The notes below the pieces were generated by a model. That model made no database searches. It was not told the origin of the DNA and saw nothing but the letters and a program-made list of their open reading frames with translations. 64,000 bases of DNA from Polyangiales bacterium (lineage in GTDB: Bacteria > Myxococcota_A > Polyangia > Polyangiales > JADJQN01), in contig CAXNJO010000013.1 of the NCBI GenBank assembly GCA_964202905.1, positions 64,001 through 128,000 of the forward strand. Reading direction: 5' to 3'. A program made the position numbers and the translations under genes. Shown here piece by piece: positions 60,516-64,000 of the stretch (position 1 is its first letter; every line of letters begins with the position of its first letter).

Positions 60516-61824
60516 TTGAGCTTTCGGGAGCTGACCATGATCGAAGTGAAGGAAGTGGCGCGGCGCTGTCAGGCACGGCAGGGGCTGCGTGAGATCGCGC
60601 GGGAGACGGGACTCGATCGGAAGACGGTGCGTAGGTACGCCGAGGCGCTCAAGGCGCTGGAGGTCGGCGCGGACGCGGTGCTCGACGACGCGCTGGTGCA
60701 CGCGATCGCGCAGTGCGTGCAGGCGCGGCCGGGGACGGAGCTGAGCCCAGAGCGGGCGACGCTCGGCGCGCATCGCGAGCGCATCGTCGCGTGGCTCAGC
60801 GAGAAGCGGCCGCTGCGGCTGACGAAGATCGCGACGCTGCTCGCGCGCGATCACGGCGTCGAGGTGAGCTACGCGACGCTGCGTCGGTACGCGATGGACG
60901 AGCTCGGCTTCGGCCAGATGAAGCCGACGGTGCGTATCGTGGACGCGCCGCCGGGCGAAGAGGCGCAGGTGGACTTCGGTCTGATGGGCGAGCTGATCGA
61001 CGCCGAGACGGGCGAGGTGCGCAAGCTGCACGTGCTCGTCGTCACGCTGAACTTCAGCCGATACCAGTTCGTGTGGCCGACGTACGCGCAGACGACGGAG
61101 GCGGTGTGCGAGGGGCTCGACGAGGCGTGGCGCTTCTTCGGCGGCGTGCTCCAGCGCATCCTGCCCGACAACGCGTCGTCGATGGTGCAGAAGGCCGACC
61201 CGCTCGAGCCGCTGATCGTGCCGGCCTTCGCCGACTACGTCCAAGCGCGCGGGCTCTTCGTCGATGCAGCGCGCGTGCGACGGCCGAAGGACAAGGGGCG
61301 CGTCGAGAATCAGGTCGCGTACGTGCGCGAGAGCTGGTGGGCGGGAGAGCGCTTCGGCTCGCTCGAGGAGGCGCGCGCGAGCGCGATCCACTGGTGTCGC
61401 GAGATCGCCGGCCTGCGTGTGCACGGCACGACGCGCGCGCGACCGCGGGAGCTCTTCGAGCAGCAGGAGCTCGCGCTCTTGTCGCCCGCGCCGACCGCGC
61501 GCTTCGACGTGCCGCACTGGGGCAAAGCGAAGGTGCATCCCGATCACCACCTCCAGGTGCTCAAGTCGCTCTACTCGGTGCCGACGAAGTACATCGGCCG
61601 CGAAGTACGCGTGCGCGCTGATCGTCGCATCATGCTCGTCTACCTGGGCACCGAGCTCATCAAGACGCATCCGCGCGTCGCCGTCGGCAAGCGCTCGACG
61701 GATCCGAACGACTATCCGAGCGGCGTCGCGCCGTACGCGATGCGCAGCGTGGACAAGCTGCTCGCGCGAGCGCAGAAGCGCGGCGAGCACGTCGGGCGCT
61801 ACGCGACGCGCCTGCTCGGCGGTC
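60516..61824 (+). pseudogene. istA: IS21 transposase, 3'-truncated by IS3
   Basis: DRKTVRRY HTH, PGEEAQVDFG, PDN, KDKGRVE, YSVP; AGGAGG RBS before TTG. Confidence 0.9.
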
Positions 61825-61855
61825 TGAGCTTGCCCCGGTTCAGTAGACAGGTTGC

Positions 61856-62725
61856 CTAGCTCGCTGCTGCCTGCTTCGCGGACATGCGCTCGAAGCGCGC
61901 GGGGCTCATGTTGCCCAGCGCCGAGTGCCTGCGCTCCTGGTTGTAGAAGACCTCGATGTAATCGAACAACTTCGTCTTCGCGTCCGCGTGCGAGTCGAAG
62001 CGTTCGCCGAGCTCGAACTTCACGGTGGAGAAGAAGCTCTCCATCACCGCGTTGTCGTAGCAGTTCCCACGGCGACTCATGCTGCACGTCAGCCCGTTGT
62101 GGCGCAGCAGTCGTTGATAATCGCCGCTGGCGTACGGGCTTCCCTGGTCGCTGTGGTGCAGCAGGCCGCCGTGCAGCCGTCGATGCTGCAGCGCCGCACG
62201 AAGCGCCCTCATCACGAGGTGACGGTCGTTCACCGCGCTCGTCGCCCAACCGACGACGAGGCGCGAATGAAGGTCGAGCAGCGCAGCGAGGAAGAGTCTG
62301 CCGCCCGGTGTCGTCAGCTCGGTCGTGTCCCCGACCCACCGCTGGTTCGGCGCGTCGGCCTCGAACTCGCAGGCGAGAACGTTCGCGGCCACGGGCTGCT
62401 CGTTCTCCGGGACGACGTGGACGCGGTAGCGCTTGCGCTGCCGTGCCACGAGGCCTTGCTCGCGCATGAGCCGAGCGACGCGCTTGCGGCTGACGCGCTC
62501 GCCGCCCTCGACCAGCTCCGCGAAGACTCGAGGGCTCCCGTAGGTGCGTCGGCTCTTCACGTGCGCCGCCTGCACCAGCACCCGCAGCTGCGCGTCGCGC
62601 TTGGCGCGCTCCGACTCCGGGCGCGCCTGCCACGCGTAGTAGCCGGCTCGCGAGACGTTCACGGCGCGGCACAGCATGGTGACCGCGTGGGTCTCCTTCT
62701 CCGCCTCGACGAACGCGAACCTCAC
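61856..62725 (-). CDS. IS3 OrfB DDE transposase
   Basis: YGSPR, WVGDTT, HSDQGS, CYDNAVMESFF, YNQERRHS. Confidence 0.95.
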   Translation of the reverse strand: MRFAFVEAEKETHAVTMLCRAVNVSRAGYYAWQARPESERAKRDAQLRVLVQAAHVKSRRTYGSPRVFAELVEGGERVSRKRVARLMREQGLVARQRKRYRVHVVPENEQPVAANVLACEFEADAPNQRWVGDTTELTTPGGRLFLAALLDLHSRLVVGWATSAVNDRHLVMRALRAALQHRRLHGGLLHHSDQGSPYASGDYQRLLRHNGLTCSMSRRGNCYDNAVMESFFSTVKFELGERFDSHADAKTKLFDYIEVFYNQERRHSALGNMSPARFERMSAKQAAAS

Positions 62726-63057
62726 GTCCGTTCCTTGGCGAAGAAGGCCGCGGCTTTTTTTAAGATCTCGCGCTCCTCGCGGAGAACACGGTTCTCGCGT
62801 CGGAGGCGCGTGAGTTCCTCGCGCTCGTCGCTCGTCAGCACGCCGGGCTTGCCCTTGCCGGCGTCGGCTCGCGTCCGCTCCACCCAGCCTCGCAGCGCCG
62901 AGTCCGTGAGGTCGAGATTCTTCGCGACCTGCGTGACGGTGCCGCCTTCCTTGAGCACCAGGGCGACCGCCCCGGCCTTGAACTCGTCGCTGAAACTACG
63001 CCGCGCGCGACGTGCCTTGCCCGACTTCCCTGACCCGCTCTCTGCCATCTTCGCCAT
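62722..63057 (-). CDS. IS3 OrfA
   Basis: RRSFSDEFKAGAV HTH, EREILKKAAAFF; A7G slippery site at about 62754-62762. Confidence 0.92.
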   Translation of the reverse strand: MAKMAESGSGKSGKARRARRSFSDEFKAGAVALVLKEGGTVTQVAKNLDLTDSALRGWVERTRADAGKGKPGVLTSDEREELTRLRRENRVLREEREILKKAAAFFAKERT

Positions 63058-63102
63058 CGTGCCCACCTCTTCCGAGATGTCCACCGAAGCGGGGCAAGCT
63101 CA

Positions 63103-63589
63103 CAACATCCAGATCTCGCACGACGAGGTCTCCTCGACGTTCAACCTCCACCCGCTCGTCTACGCGACGCGAAGCCGCACGCGGCGTCACCTCGTCGTCG
63201 CGCCGCTGGTCTGGGACTTCGAGGACATGCAGGCCGGCACGCGCGCGACCGTCGCGTTCCCGCTCTACTGGCGCTTTCGCACCAAGAACACCGTGAGCCA
63301 GGTGGCGCTCAACACGTACTGGCACGAGCGTCGCGAGCGCGGCGTGCGCGCCTGGGAGTTCCACTTCTTCCCGCTGTTCGCGTTCGGCTCGAGCGCGCCC
63401 GGGGATCACTGGTGGAACGTGCTCTACGGGCTCGTCGGCTACGCCCGCACCGGAAGCTACGCCCGCGCGCAGGTGTTGTGGGCGCCCTTCCAGGTGGACG
63501 GACCGGCCGTCGCCCCCGCCCGCTGACGCGCGCAGGTGCACGGCGCATGGGCCGCGGGCGCGTGGCGCGACGGCGGAACGCGACGCCTA
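63103..63589 (+). pseudogene. Right copy of 487-bp repeat: orphan 3' end of a homolog of 34742-36595
   Basis: NIQISHDEVSSTFNLHPLVY...VDGPAVAPAR* (stop 63526) plus the same downstream sequence. Confidence 0.9.
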
Positions 63590-64000
63590 CTGCGGGACGC
63601 GGCGCCCGCCGCCATCGACCGAGGGCGGACGCTCCGGATCGACGAACGTACGCGGCCCGGACGCGACCGGCGCGGGGGCCGGCGACGCGGACACGGTGCC
63701 CAGCCTGCCCCGCTGCGGGCGCCGGGGGACGCGGAAGCCACTGGCCCGCGGGGAACTCGACGAAGACGAACGCGTAGCCGTCGGCGCCGACCTCGAGGCT
63801 GACGACCGGGGTCACGTCCGCACGGAGGTCGAAGACGAAGGCCGCGTCGTTCCGGCCGCGTCGTTCGAGACGCGCACCCGTGACCGGCGTCTCGAAGAAG
63901 CGCGTGTCGAGCGCGCGCCCCGTCTGCCGGTCGGGGATGCGCACGCCGCGCAGGGTCACGACGAAGCGGCCGCGTTCGGCGCGCGCCTCGTAGGTCACGC
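63587..64000 (-). CDS. AMIN-like domain protein, C-terminal part (enters from window end)
   Basis: FVVTLRGVRI...LDTRFFETPV...FDLR beta-rich segment; C-terminal frame uncertain. Confidence 0.5.

Larger units (their letters stand above)
60272..61824 (+). mobile_element. IS21 family element, left part only
   Basis: TG terminus, five subterminal repeats, istA; no istB or right end. Confidence 0.88.
61825..63102 (-). mobile_element. IS3 family element
   Basis: 25-bp IR TGAGCTTGCCCCGSTTCRGTRGACA; no target duplication (GGTC vs CAAC). Confidence 0.93.

Overview
High-GC bacterial DNA, most likely Myxococcota/Polyangia (MYXO-CTERM protein, eukaryotic-like Ser/Thr kinase, alternative complex III operon). 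Bases 1-36.6 kb are mostly core genes: actABCDEF-SCO-coxB (several indels), kinase-hisZ-purA, yceD-rpmF-fabG-acpP-fabF, MoxR/VWA, an internally deleted groEL and hisS. A small accessory block (27.3-32.6 kb) is punctuated by three copies of a 25-bp palindromic site. Bases 36.7-63.1 kb are an island bracketed by a diverged 487-bp direct repeat. Its core is a same-orientation array of seven IS91/ISCR-like rolling-circle element ends, all starting GAGGGTAA. Five are followed by a 5'-truncated HUH transposase piece. The ends are separated by unrelated DNA fragments of 0.4-7 kb cut through genes: serine recombinase, TetR/SRPBCC, drmC-like PLD, glycosyltransferase-radical SAM, PD-(D/E)XK nuclease, DUF2004-like, VapBC. 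Transposase breakpoints recur at the putative catalytic Tyr codon, and three of the seven ends are hit by other IS (ISAzo13 x2, IS21). This ISCR-built fragment-capture array is the main candidate for an undescribed system. All family calls come from motif recognition by eye, not from database searches.
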